Positions 17,144 to 26,730 of a DNA stretch of 64,000 nucleotides are shown piece after piece (positions within the stretch are counted from its first letter, which is position 1; the number at the start of each line of letters is the position of its first letter). The stretch spans positions 261,243 through 325,242 of the forward strand of contig CAZCME010000001.1 in assembly GCA_964499705.1 (NCBI GenBank), read 5' to 3'. This stretch comes from an uncultured bacterium (GTDB lineage: Bacteria; UBA8481). A model generated the notes under the pieces. It searched no databases. It was not told the origin of the DNA and was given only the letters and a program-made list of their open reading frames with translations. Both the position numbers and the translations under genes were made by a program.

Positions 17144-19858
17144 ATGACAACTGACGCGGAAATTCCGACCCGATTCGATCATAAAGCCGCTTCGACGAAA
17201 TGGTATGCGCAATGGGAGGAAGCGGGCGCCTTCCGGGCGGATGTGGATTCGCCGAAAGCGCCCTTCGTCATGGTGATTCCTCCGCCTAATGTCACCGGCG
17301 CTCTCCACATGGGTCACGCTCTCAACAACACGATCCAGGATATCTACGCCCGCTACCGCCGCATGCTCGGCTTCGACGTGCTCTGGCTCCCCGGCACCGA
17401 CCATGCCGGGATCGCCACCCAGAACGTTGTGGAGAAGATGCTGGCGAAGGAGGGCGTCCGTCGCGATGATCTCGGTCGCGAGGAGTTCGTCCGGCGCGTC
17501 TGGAAATGGAAGGAGGAATCCGGCGGAACGATCGTCGGGCAGCTTCGACGGCTCGGCGCTTCCTGCGACTGGTCCCGCGAGCGCTTCACGATGGATGAGG
17601 GGCTTTCGCGCGCGGTCGTGGAGGTTTTCGTCCGTCTTCACGCGGACGGACTCATCTATCGGGCCGACCGGCTCGTCAACTGGTGCACCCGTTGCCGCAC
17701 GGCGCTCTCGGATATCGAGGTGGAACACGAGGACAGGAACGGCGCCTTCTGGCATGTGAAGTATCCGTTTGCGGATGGAGCGGGATTCCTGGAGATCGCG
17801 ACCACGAGGCCCGAGACGATGCTCGGCGACACCGCAGTCGCGGTTCATCCGGAGGATGAACGATATCGGTCTCTCGTGGGGAGAGACCTGATCCTGCCGC
17901 TCCTCGGGCGCCGGATACCCGTCATAGCCGACGCGTACGTCGACCGTGAATTCGGCACGGGCGCCGTCAAGATTACGCCCGGTCATGATCCGAACGACTA
18001 TGAAGTCGGTCTCCGGCATAAGCTTCCTGTCATTAAAGCGTTCACCGATGACGGACGGATCGCCGCCGGGATCATGGAAGGTGCATCGAGCGATCTGCGG
18101 GCGCGAACGTACGTCGGGAAGAAGGTCCTGGCCTGCCGCGATGCCGTTGTGGACGACCTGCAGGCGGAAGGGCTTTTGATCCGCGTGGAGGAGATCCGCC
18201 ACTCGGTCGGTCATTGCTATCGATGCAAGACCGTGATCGAACCGCATCTGACTCCGCAGTGGTTCGTCAAAACCGGTCCGCTCGCCGGGCCGGCGATGAA
18301 GGCCGTCGAGGAGGGCCGGACCCGGATCGTGCCGGAGCAGTGGTCGAAGACTTACTTCGAATGGATGCGCAACATTCGCGACTGGTGCATCTCCCGCCAG
18401 ATCTGGTGGGGCCACCGGATCCCCGCGTGGTATTGCCGCGCCTGCGACGGAGCCAACATGACGAGCGTATCAACCGGCACGAACGTGGAGAGCCGGGATG
18501 AGGCGGAGCCCATGTACATTCTCTCCAGTCACGCGACACCCATCGTTTCCGCGGCGCGTCCGGATCGGTGTCCCCGATGCGGGAGTATCGATCTGATCCG
18601 CGATCCCGATGTCCTCGACACGTGGTTCTCATCCGCTCTCTGGCCCTTCTCCACGCTCGGCTGGCCCGACCGCGCTCCCGAGGTCTCGCGCTACTACCCG
18701 ACGAGCCTTCTCGTGACCGGCTTCGATATTCTCTTCTTCTGGGTGGCGCGCATGATGATGATGGGAGTCCGATTCATGGGCGACGTCCCGTTCCGCGACG
18801 TCTATATCCACGCGCTCGTCCGCGACGCGGAGGGCAAGAAGATGTCCAAATCCAAGGGCAACGTGATCGATCCCCTGCACGTGATTGACGATCATGGCGC
18901 CGACGCCTTTCGGTTCACGCTCGCGGCCTTCTGCGTCCAGGGGCGCGATATCAAGCTGGATGAAAAACGAATCGAAGGGTACCGCAACTTCGTCACCAAG
19001 ATCTGGAACGCCGCAAGACTGGTGCTGACAGAGCCCCGGCCTGCATCCTCCACAATTCATCCTTCAACCTTTTCCCCCGAGGACAACTGGATCCGGTCGC
19101 GGTTCGCCCGCTGCGTAACGGAGGTCCGGCGGAGCCTCGACGCATACGAGCTGGACAAGGCTTCGCACTCTATCTATCACTTCTTCTGGCATGAGTTCTG
19201 CGACTGGTATCTCGAGATAGCGAAGCCTCGGCTGCGGGAAGGTGATCCCGCGGCGGGCGGAGTGGCGCGGGAGATCCTGGAATCGAGCCTGCGGATTCTC
19301 CATCCCTTCATGCCGTTCGTGACGGATGAGCTTGCGGAGCGGATGGGCGGGACTTCCATACTCGATCGCGCGGATTTCCCGGTTGCCGGGCGGATATTCG
19401 AATCCGATGAAGCGCTGATCGAAAAGGCGATTTCGCTCGTGACCGAGATTCGACGCCTCCGTGCCGAATTCCGCATCGCTCCCGCCGAGAAGATCCCCGT
19501 CTTCCTCGTGACATCCGATCTGCCCGAAGCGTCGCGGGTCATCATCGCCCAGCTGGCCGGCGTAATTCCGGAAGTTGTGGCTCACAAGGCGGAGTGGCAT
19601 CACTTCGCTTCCTCCGTCGCCTCCGGAGTGGAGATCGTCATTCCGCTGGAAGGGAGAATCGACCTCGAAAAGGAACGCGCCCGCCTGCAGGAAGAAATTC
19701 GGAAATGCGAAGAGCAGATCGCGTCATCGCGCGCGAGGCTCGGAGATGACAACTTCGCGACGAATGCTCCGGCCGATGTCGTCTCCGCCACTCGATCGAC
19801 TCTCCTGGAACGGGAGGATCGCCTGCGGAAATTGCGGGAGCTCTTCGCGAATCTCTAA
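17144..19858 (+). CDS. valS: Valine--tRNA ligase
   Basis: PPPNVTGALHMGH (HIGH), GTDHAGIATQ, ATTRPETMLGD, DWCISRQIWWGH, KMSKS, C-terminal coiled arm. Confidence 0.98.
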   Translation: MTTDAEIPTRFDHKAASTKWYAQWEEAGAFRADVDSPKAPFVMVIPPPNVTGALHMGHALNNTIQDIYARYRRMLGFDVLWLPGTDHAGIATQNVVEKMLAKEGVRRDDLGREEFVRRVWKWKEESGGTIVGQLRRLGASCDWSRERFTMDEGLSRAVVEVFVRLHADGLIYRADRLVNWCTRCRTALSDIEVEHEDRNGAFWHVKYPFADGAGFLEIATTRPETMLGDTAVAVHPEDERYRSLVGRDLILPLLGRRIPVIADAYVDREFGTGAVKITPGHDPNDYEVGLRHKLPVIKAFTDDGRIAAGIMEGASSDLRARTYVGKKVLACRDAVVDDLQAEGLLIRVEEIRHSVGHCYRCKTVIEPHLTPQWFVKTGPLAGPAMKAVEEGRTRIVPEQWSKTYFEWMRNIRDWCISRQIWWGHRIPAWYCRACDGANMTSVSTGTNVESRDEAEPMYILSSHATPIVSAARPDRCPRCGSIDLIRDPDVLDTWFSSALWPFSTLGWPDRAPEVSRYYPTSLLVTGFDILFFWVARMMMMGVRFMGDVPFRDVYIHALVRDAEGKKMSKSKGNVIDPLHVIDDHGADAFRFTLAAFCVQGRDIKLDEKRIEGYRNFVTKIWNAARLVLTEPRPASSTIHPSTFSPEDNWIRSRFARCVTEVRRSLDAYELDKASHSIYHFFWHEFCDWYLEIAKPRLREGDPAAGGVAREILESSLRILHPFMPFVTDELAERMGGTSILDRADFPVAGRIFESDEALIEKAISLVTEIRRLRAEFRIAPAEKIPVFLVTSDLPEASRVIIAQLAGVIPEVVAHKAEWHHFASSVASGVEIVIPLEGRIDLEKERARLQEEIRKCEEQIASSRARLGDDNFATNAPADVVSATRSTLLEREDRLRKLRELFANL

Positions 19859-19978
19859 TATTTCTCGCGATCGCGTCACGAGAATCATGGGTTGGGCGAG
19901 GCTGCAATATTTTTTGCCGCCTCTCGCTTTGACATAGGATTAATTAGACTAAGTGAATATTTATCAAGCATCTCTTGA

Positions 19979-19994
19979 CGGCACGCGCCTTGCT
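19979..19994 (+). promoter_or_regulatory. Sigma54 (-24/-12) promoter of the minor-pilin operon
   Basis: CGGCACGCGCCTTGCT matches YGGCACG-N4-TTGCW, 15 bp before the first ATG, after an AT-rich tract. Confidence 0.65.
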
Positions 19995-20009
19995 CTGGGA
20001 TAGTGCATT

Positions 20010-20633
20010 ATGGCGATGCGCACGATGGCTTCTGAGTTCCGCGGGAAAGGTCGCGGCTTCACGCTTGTGGAACTCATGGCGGTCGTCATCATCATCATCA
20101 TCCTGCTGGCCCTGTCGTTGATGGTTCCCCAGTATTCCGATTTTCGCGACCGGATCACGATCAAGGGTTTCTCCACATCGATCCTGACCAAGTTGCGCGA
20201 GGCGAAGAACCTCAGCAAGGCGCTCGGCAAGAACGTCAACGTGGTGGTGGACCTCGACAATGAAAAAGTATGGATCTCCGTCGATAAAGTTCAGTATGGC
20301 AGCGCTCTCTCCGCGCCGTCGTCCAAGTGCGACATCAAGGGTTTCCAGGAATGGAATGACGCCGGGGTGACGAAGACGACGGGAAGCTGCACTATCACGT
20401 ACTATAATCGGGGCACGTCCATTACAGAGAACATGGATGGGCCGGATGGTATTTTCCACATCGGTTCAACGTCCGATGTGTACGCCTCCGGCGGTAATAA
20501 TGCTCTGAACATGAAAACGATCGCCGTGCTGAACGCTCCGGGCCGGGCCGAGTGGTTCAACTCCGGGTGCGTGGGAACGGCGAATTGGGCGACTTCGTGG
20601 GGGTGGCCCAAGTGCAAGGAGCTGACAAATTGA
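20010..20633 (+). CDS. Minor pilin, FimT/GspH-like
   Basis: KGRG|FTLVELMAV; first of four overlapping prepilin-like genes. Confidence 0.8.
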   Translation: MAMRTMASEFRGKGRGFTLVELMAVVIIIIILLALSLMVPQYSDFRDRITIKGFSTSILTKLREAKNLSKALGKNVNVVVDLDNEKVWISVDKVQYGSALSAPSSKCDIKGFQEWNDAGVTKTTGSCTITYYNRGTSITENMDGPDGIFHIGSTSDVYASGGNNALNMKTIAVLNAPGRAEWFNSGCVGTANWATSWGWPKCKELTN

Positions 20634-21061
20634 CGATCCGGCCGGCTGCTTATCGTCGTCGCCGCACGAGCGCGGGTATGACCTTCATGGAAGTCATGGT
20701 CGCGGCCACGATCATGTTCACGGGCGCGGTTGTCATGATCACGGTCCTCCCGAAGCTGATCGAGGCGGGATACTCCCGTTCCTCCCGCGACATGTCCTAC
20801 ATCTTCGGGATGTCGAAGATGGACGAGATCATGGCGTCTCCCTATTCCACTATTACATCGGGTTCTGGAAGTTTCACCGAGCTCATGCCCGATGTGCCCG
20901 AGGCCTACAATTTTGAATATCAATACACCGCGACCGAGGTCACGACGGATAATCTACCCACGGATCTCCTGAAGCGCGTCACGCTTGTCATCACATGGGG
21001 CGATGACAGCGATAAATCGGACACGTATGTTTTCTACATGGCGGACAAGGGAGATGACTAG
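20630..21061 (+). CDS. Minor pilin, PilV/GspI-like
   Basis: TTG start after AAGGAG; TSAG|MTFMEVMVA; C-terminal LKRVTLVITW. Confidence 0.78.
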   Translation: MTIRPAAYRRRRTSAGMTFMEVMVAATIMFTGAVVMITVLPKLIEAGYSRSSRDMSYIFGMSKMDEIMASPYSTITSGSGSFTELMPDVPEAYNFEYQYTATEVTTDNLPTDLLKRVTLVITWGDDSDKSDTYVFYMADKGDD

Positions 21062-21062
21062 A

Positions 21063-21803
21063 ATGACAGGGATATCTCGCAGGGCGCTCCGCCGGCATCG
21101 AGGCATCTCCGGCCTCTCCCTTCTCGAAATGCTCGTGGCCACCCTCATCTTCTCGATCCTTATGCTCGGCTTCACATCACTCTTCCGCTTTTCGATCACG
21201 GCGTGGTTCAACGCCGTCGGCCGGTTCGGCAACATCCAGAACCTGGCCGGTGCCTTCGACATCATCGCCAGCGACCTGAGAAGCGCCCTGCCGCCCTACG
21301 ATACCTGCAGCGATATATATCTCCTGGGGCAGGATGAGGGTTCGACCGTGGATCCTGACCTGACGAATTCGATCCAGGACGAACTTGTGTTCCATTGCCC
21401 CACGTATACCAGTAAGGAAGGGCAGTTCAACAGCCCGAACGGCCAGCAGTGGAGCGCCGCTGCCCGCATCGGAAATGAATTGGCAAAGCGCGGATATTGG
21501 ATGCGCCGCGACAGTACTAATGACACAATTCTCATGCAGGGCCGAGACGTCGCGGACACGAGCGATTACTGTCCCGAGATCACCTATGGATTTTCGATCT
21601 TTGACGAGTTCGCCTATTCCGTATCCAAGTTCAACGTGGAATATTACGACGGCGCGACCTGGTTGGACGATTGGAGCACCAACACGCAGGGCAAATTGCC
21701 GAAACTCGTGCGCGTCACGCTTCAATCCACCAAGAGCGGCGCCGCGATGACGATGGCGTATGTGGTGCATCCGAGAGCCCAGGGGACGTATATCACGCAA
21801 TGA
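21063..21803 (+). CDS. Minor pilin, PilW/GspJ-like
   Basis: ISG|LSLLEMLVA, IASDLRSA, C-terminal FNVEYYDG..W.DDW..KLPKLVRVTL. Confidence 0.82.
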   Translation: MTGISRRALRRHRGISGLSLLEMLVATLIFSILMLGFTSLFRFSITAWFNAVGRFGNIQNLAGAFDIIASDLRSALPPYDTCSDIYLLGQDEGSTVDPDLTNSIQDELVFHCPTYTSKEGQFNSPNGQQWSAAARIGNELAKRGYWMRRDSTNDTILMQGRDVADTSDYCPEITYGFSIFDEFAYSVSKFNVEYYDGATWLDDWSTNTQGKLPKLVRVTLQSTKSGAAMTMAYVVHPRAQGTYITQ

Positions 21804-24451
21804 TGAATAACAGGAAGCGGAGCGCCCGGCGATCCGTGCAGGAAGACGGCGTGGCGCTCATCACCGCCATCTGGATGACCGTCATCGGCATCATGCTCGT
21901 GACCACCCTCGCGACGCTCATCACCGGCAACATCGGCCTTGCCGCCAGCATCGGCGCGGACGCGAAAGCCCGGATCGCCGCGCACTCCGGAGTAGAAAAG
22001 GCGATCGCGTATCTGATCGCCGACCGCCCCAGCGGACTACTGGATACGCCGGGAGTCATCATCACGGAAGTGCAGAACAGGCCACAGGATTACATTCGGG
22101 ATCTGCTGCCGCTTCATAGCACCTCTATTGGAGCGGGAGGCAATACATTCGATACCTCGTTTGAGTTTTGCGGAAACGACACATTATGGATCAAGGGCGG
22201 TGGCACCCTGTTGGATGCGAGTCTGGAAACCTATGTCGCGTCAACCGGCGGGATAGATGCGGTTACAGGAGCCAAGGTCTTTAATTTCAAGGCGATGACA
22301 GCTACGTTTGCCACGGATGGATCGGGATCCAACAGGTGGCTTCGTTCCTGCACTGTGGCCGTCAGCCCGAACGATACGGTTAATTTCGGTTGCTGGTACT
22401 ATACTGCGGGAATCAGCGATCATCAGATGCGGCTTATTCTTCAGTGGAGAGACGCTCAGGGGACGGTGATCGGTTCAGTAACAAAAGATTTTGATCTCGA
22501 CACTCACGGCGCATGGCGGAAGCTGGAGCAGCGAGTTTCGCTGGCTCCTGCCAACACTGTGGGAGCCACGCTGTTTATCACGCCCCGCTATGTCACCGCC
22601 GGTTTTTCCGCCGTGGATATCATGATCGATGATGCCTATATCTCCTACGGAGACACGAATCCCGCCACGGTCCGCAGGTATGAGTATATCGAGATCCAGA
22701 ATTGCGACACGGTCGATCACACCTTCGGCGTGGATACCAACCAATGTCCCGATACCGCGTATTGGATCGCGGTCCGGAATGGTCCGGGCAGCATCGGCAG
22801 TCCGAATACGGGGGGCAATGACACGCTCTTCATCTATCCGATGAGCTATGACAATTGCAAGAACCCGGGGAACTCTGACGGCACCGACGATCCCTGGGGC
22901 ACGGATTCGAACTTCTTCGCCAGCGATTCCACGTTGAAAGTCGGAGCTGTCGGAGTGATCGTCGTCGACGATGCCGACACGGTCTCCATTGCGGCGCTCA
23001 TGGGGAAGAAACCTTCATCCATCCAATGGTTCGGTCTCCGTCGAAAGAACGGCGACAGCTTTGTTCATACCTTGGGCGAGGCTTACACGACCTATTCGGG
23101 GGGTATTACATTCGACAGTTACAATAACAGCATGCTGAACGATACCGGCTGCACCGTGATCATCGGTTTCGGCGGAAAACCGAAAACAACCGCGCCTTAT
23201 TGGTTTGGTGTGCCGCTACCGGATTCGGCGCGTCAGCAGAATACGGGCTTCACATCCTGGCCGAGCTGGCAGAAGTCCGGTTACAAGAACAACGATCTTG
23301 ATGATACGATCGATAATTCCGCCACGCCGCCGCTCTGGTTCGGCGACCTGAACGAGTCGACCTGGAATCGGGCGGCTCCCACTCCGGGTGAAGGCATCAT
23401 ATCGACATCCCGGCAGGGGGTCGATGGCGCGACCGACACGTGGTATAAATTCGCGTTCGATTCCTTCGTGAAGCATGACACGTCGACATATGATATCTAT
23501 TATCGCGTGCGCATCTTCGACGAAGGCGCCAAGGTGAACATCAATTACCTGCATCACAGGCCGACGTCGGCATCCTGGGAATCGCACGTCTTCATTAATC
23601 TCCTCTGTGAGACTTCGGGGACGGCTTTCAAGACGACCTCTTCGTACTGGGATAATTCCGCCGCATCGCAGAAAGCGGCCGCGAGGAATGCGGACAGCAT
23701 GGCGCACAATCTCATGCGCGGGGGCATATTCCCCAACGGGTCCACGAACGATTCGTTGATCACGCCCTTGTCCGCATACATGATCCATTCGGACTCGGGA
23801 GGGACATCCGCCACGAGCCGGGGGCGCAGGTTCGATTCCACATACATACCCTTCGTCTCGATTTACGGCTACAACGAGGCCCTGGTCTTTCCCGTCAACA
23901 TCAACATGGCGGATCTGCCCGTCGTCCGCGCCGCGCTCATCTGGGCGTTGATCGGCAATTTCAACCTGACCGATTCGGTGGGCTCGACCTTCGCGATCTC
24001 CAACTGGAACACCGCGCGTGACAGCGCGCGCGTCCTCGCGGACAGCGTGCTCCGTTATCTCACCGGCCTCGATACGACCCGGTCCAACGACACGGTCCTT
24101 TATCGCGAATCGGACATCCTGAAGGTAGCAGCCACCGCCGGAGACCGAGCTCAGCTCCAGTGGGCCATCAACAACAACCGGATCACCCGCGCCTTCAGCT
24201 GCGCTTCGACGAACTACTTCACGATCCACTGCACCGGATTCGCCTTCCAGAAAGGCGCCAATCCGTACACGGACACCCCCGTGGCCCAGAACCGGATCAT
24301 CGCGGTGGTGCGGAGGTACACGGACGCCGACAAGGCGGATATCCTGTACTGGCGCGAGACCATGGAGGTCGCCGACGCGAGTATCTTCGCGCATACGACC
24401 CCGATCGGTTCCTACAGGACACCCTCCTACAGGTGGGATCCGACGCAGTGA
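21800..24451 (+). CDS. Large PilX/GspK-like minor pilin (883 aa) with inserted domains
   Basis: EDG|VALITAIW without Glu5, A..AAHSGVEKAIAYL, RIFDEGAKVNIN, VNINMADLPVV, STNYFTIHCTG; ATGA overlap with the upstream gene. Confidence 0.78.
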   Translation: MMNNRKRSARRSVQEDGVALITAIWMTVIGIMLVTTLATLITGNIGLAASIGADAKARIAAHSGVEKAIAYLIADRPSGLLDTPGVIITEVQNRPQDYIRDLLPLHSTSIGAGGNTFDTSFEFCGNDTLWIKGGGTLLDASLETYVASTGGIDAVTGAKVFNFKAMTATFATDGSGSNRWLRSCTVAVSPNDTVNFGCWYYTAGISDHQMRLILQWRDAQGTVIGSVTKDFDLDTHGAWRKLEQRVSLAPANTVGATLFITPRYVTAGFSAVDIMIDDAYISYGDTNPATVRRYEYIEIQNCDTVDHTFGVDTNQCPDTAYWIAVRNGPGSIGSPNTGGNDTLFIYPMSYDNCKNPGNSDGTDDPWGTDSNFFASDSTLKVGAVGVIVVDDADTVSIAALMGKKPSSIQWFGLRRKNGDSFVHTLGEAYTTYSGGITFDSYNNSMLNDTGCTVIIGFGGKPKTTAPYWFGVPLPDSARQQNTGFTSWPSWQKSGYKNNDLDDTIDNSATPPLWFGDLNESTWNRAAPTPGEGIISTSRQGVDGATDTWYKFAFDSFVKHDTSTYDIYYRVRIFDEGAKVNINYLHHRPTSASWESHVFINLLCETSGTAFKTTSSYWDNSAASQKAAARNADSMAHNLMRGGIFPNGSTNDSLITPLSAYMIHSDSGGTSATSRGRRFDSTYIPFVSIYGYNEALVFPVNINMADLPVVRAALIWALIGNFNLTDSVGSTFAISNWNTARDSARVLADSVLRYLTGLDTTRSNDTVLYRESDILKVAATAGDRAQLQWAINNNRITRAFSCASTNYFTIHCTGFAFQKGANPYTDTPVAQNRIIAVVRRYTDADKADILYWRETMEVADASIFAHTTPIGSYRTPSYRWDPTQ

Positions 24452-24533
24452 GGGATCCCCTGGCGGGGGAGAATACGAAGCATCGAGTTCGTCGCCCGGA
24501 CCGGGAAAAGCCGCGTTTTCATAACATGCTAAT

Positions 24534-24545
24534 GCAACCGCTTGC
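24534..24545. promoter_or_regulatory. GCAA-N4-TTGC candidate operator upstream of the PorV-like gene
   Basis: GCAACCGCTTGC, one mismatch to the pilin copies in gene orientation. Confidence 0.45.
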
Positions 24546-24590
24546 GCAAGGTCAAAAAAGTGTTTTCATTCTTCCGACGCGTGTGCTAAG

Positions 24591-26477
24591 ATGAGGTTCA
24601 TGCCGAGGCTTCGCCACGCGTTCTCCTGCCTGTTCCTCCTGCTCTCCGCCTCGGAAAGCGCCTTCGCCGCCACCGCTTCCGGCGCCGGCACGACGGGCGC
24701 GACATTTCTCGAGATCGGAATCGGAGCCCGTTCCGCGGCGATGGGGGAGGCCAACACGTCGTGGGCGGACGATGTCTACGGCATGTACTTCAACCCGGCC
24801 GGCATCGCGACCGTCCGGAGGCAGGAAGTCGGCTTCGCGCATAACACGCTTTTTTTGGATCTCGACTACAATTATCTCGGCTACGTCCATCCGCTCGGCG
24901 ATGCCTCCTCCATCGGCGTCAGCGGCACCTATGTCGATCTCGGCGACGTCGAGCGGCGCGAGATCATCGCCGGTGGCGGCCCTTCCGGCGCCCTCGGCAA
25001 CGCCTCCGCCTATGATCTCTCCTTCTCGCTCACCTACGCACGAACGCTTTCGGAAGTGATCGATCTCGGCGGGACCCTTAAAGTCATACACGAGACGCTG
25101 GACAATTACAGCGCCAGCGCCGTTGCGGTGGATCTCGGAGCCAAGTGGCGGCCTCCTGTCGAGGGCCTGACAGTCGGCCTGTCGGTCCTCAATCTCGGCT
25201 CGAACCTGAAGTTCGTCGCCTCGGGCGACGAGCTTCCGATCAGCATCCGCTTCGGAGCCGGATACCGCCCGCCGAGCCGCCGTTGGGGTCTGCAGGGCGA
25301 CCTCGTCTATGTCAAGAACCAGGATGTGGAAGGGAAGATCGGCGGCGAATGGTGGGTCTGGGAAGACCATATCGCGATCCGTGCCGGAGCTAATTCCGCC
25401 AACGACGCGGGGAGCGGATTCACGGTGGGCGCGGGATTCAAGTGGAACGATATTCTCCTGGATTATGCCTACGTGCCCTTCGGCGATCTCGGCGACCAGA
25501 ATCTCATCTCGCTCGCCTACCAGTTCGGAGCCCCCCGCGGAGTTCCGCCGGAACGCACCATGACGCGCTATGAACCCTCTCCGACTCAACCCGCATCCGT
25601 CTCCGCGCCGCCGCCGTCCACACCCTACGCGACGGGCGAGGCGGCCGGTTCCACTGTCACGATGTACACAACGGCGCCGGCCGCTCAACCCTGGGGCGTT
25701 TCCGTCACGCCTTTCGCCTACCGTTCCGGCCCTCCGGAGTACGATTGGATGAGCCGCGCGACGGCGGACGTGCTTGCCAAAGACTGGAAGAAGCGCGGGC
25801 TCCTGAACACCGCCATGAGCTCGGCGCGATTCCAGGTCGAGGGTGAATTCTGGATCGTCGGGCGCAACCTTATTCTCTCCGCCAGATTGTCGGGCGACGG
25901 ATTCCGGTACGCGGCCGATGCGAACGGAGACGCTGACAAGCCCTTCGAAGTCTGGACCGCTCTTCTTCAGAAATTGAACGATGCTCTGCGCGAGCGCGGC
26001 GTCCTCTCCGCACCCGCGCCGGTTCCCGCGCCCGCGCCGCAGTCCTCCGAATGGTCGCCCGCTCCATCCTGGGCCTCCCGACCACCCGCTCCCGCGGCTC
26101 CGTCCCAACCTGCCTACACGGCGTCTACACCGCTCCCGCCGAGCCCCGCTTCGACCGCGCCCCGGAAGGGCGTGGCGGTCGCGACGATCATGGAGCACGG
26201 CAATGCGGTTTCCTCGGCTCGATCCTCGATGCTCACGACCGCCGTCCGCGACGCGCTCGTCGGTCTCGGATTCTCCACGGACGCCTCCACGGCCCAGTAC
26301 AGATTCGACGCGACCTATGCCGATCTCGATGACGGCTCGACGGTCGTCTACGGCAAGATCGTGGACCGGGCCACCGGCATTCCGATCGCCAACGTCGAAG
26401 TCTACGGATCCGCATCGAATCCGGCGTCCTTCGCATCCCGCATCGCCGACGCCGTGATGTTCAAACTTCCCAAATAA
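24591..26477 (+). CDS. PorV/PorQ-like (UPF0164) outer-membrane beta-barrel with C-terminal extensions
   Basis: Signal peptide; GTTGATFLEIGIGARSAAMGEA, YFNPAGI, LDYAYVPFGDLG..ISLAYQF; then Pro-rich linkers and two small alpha/beta domains. Confidence 0.8.
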   Translation: MRFMPRLRHAFSCLFLLLSASESAFAATASGAGTTGATFLEIGIGARSAAMGEANTSWADDVYGMYFNPAGIATVRRQEVGFAHNTLFLDLDYNYLGYVHPLGDASSIGVSGTYVDLGDVERREIIAGGGPSGALGNASAYDLSFSLTYARTLSEVIDLGGTLKVIHETLDNYSASAVAVDLGAKWRPPVEGLTVGLSVLNLGSNLKFVASGDELPISIRFGAGYRPPSRRWGLQGDLVYVKNQDVEGKIGGEWWVWEDHIAIRAGANSANDAGSGFTVGAGFKWNDILLDYAYVPFGDLGDQNLISLAYQFGAPRGVPPERTMTRYEPSPTQPASVSAPPPSTPYATGEAAGSTVTMYTTAPAAQPWGVSVTPFAYRSGPPEYDWMSRATADVLAKDWKKRGLLNTAMSSARFQVEGEFWIVGRNLILSARLSGDGFRYAADANGDADKPFEVWTALLQKLNDALRERGVLSAPAPVPAPAPQSSEWSPAPSWASRPPAPAAPSQPAYTASTPLPPSPASTAPRKGVAVATIMEHGNAVSSARSSMLTTAVRDALVGLGFSTDASTAQYRFDATYADLDDGSTVVYGKIVDRATGIPIANVEVYGSASNPASFASRIADAVMFKLPK

Positions 26478-26730
26478 ATCCGCATGCGGTTGCACTGTCG
26501 ATATTGCAGATAAAAGCGCCCGCTGATACCATGGACGGGTTGCAGAGCCACATCTGAAAAAATACAGAAATCCGGGGTCTCTAACGGACAGGAGCGCATA
26601 CTTTGTCGATGCGCTCGTCAAGCGGCCCGGATACATTGCCGAAAACAAAATGAGGCACTTGCGCCGCGGGCGATCGAGCCGCGGTCGCCTGGGCCGCGGG
26701 CCTTCGTGCCGGATGGAGCAGACACGCTAA

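Noticed and set aside
18430-18590. Extra ~25 aa between the CxxC pairs of ValS as an intein or intron
   Set aside because: Too short, in frame and without splicing motifs; treated as a variable loop.
26478-26730. c-di-GMP riboswitch in the pilB leader
   Set aside because: No GEMM-type consensus is recognisable; an Rfam scan would settle it.
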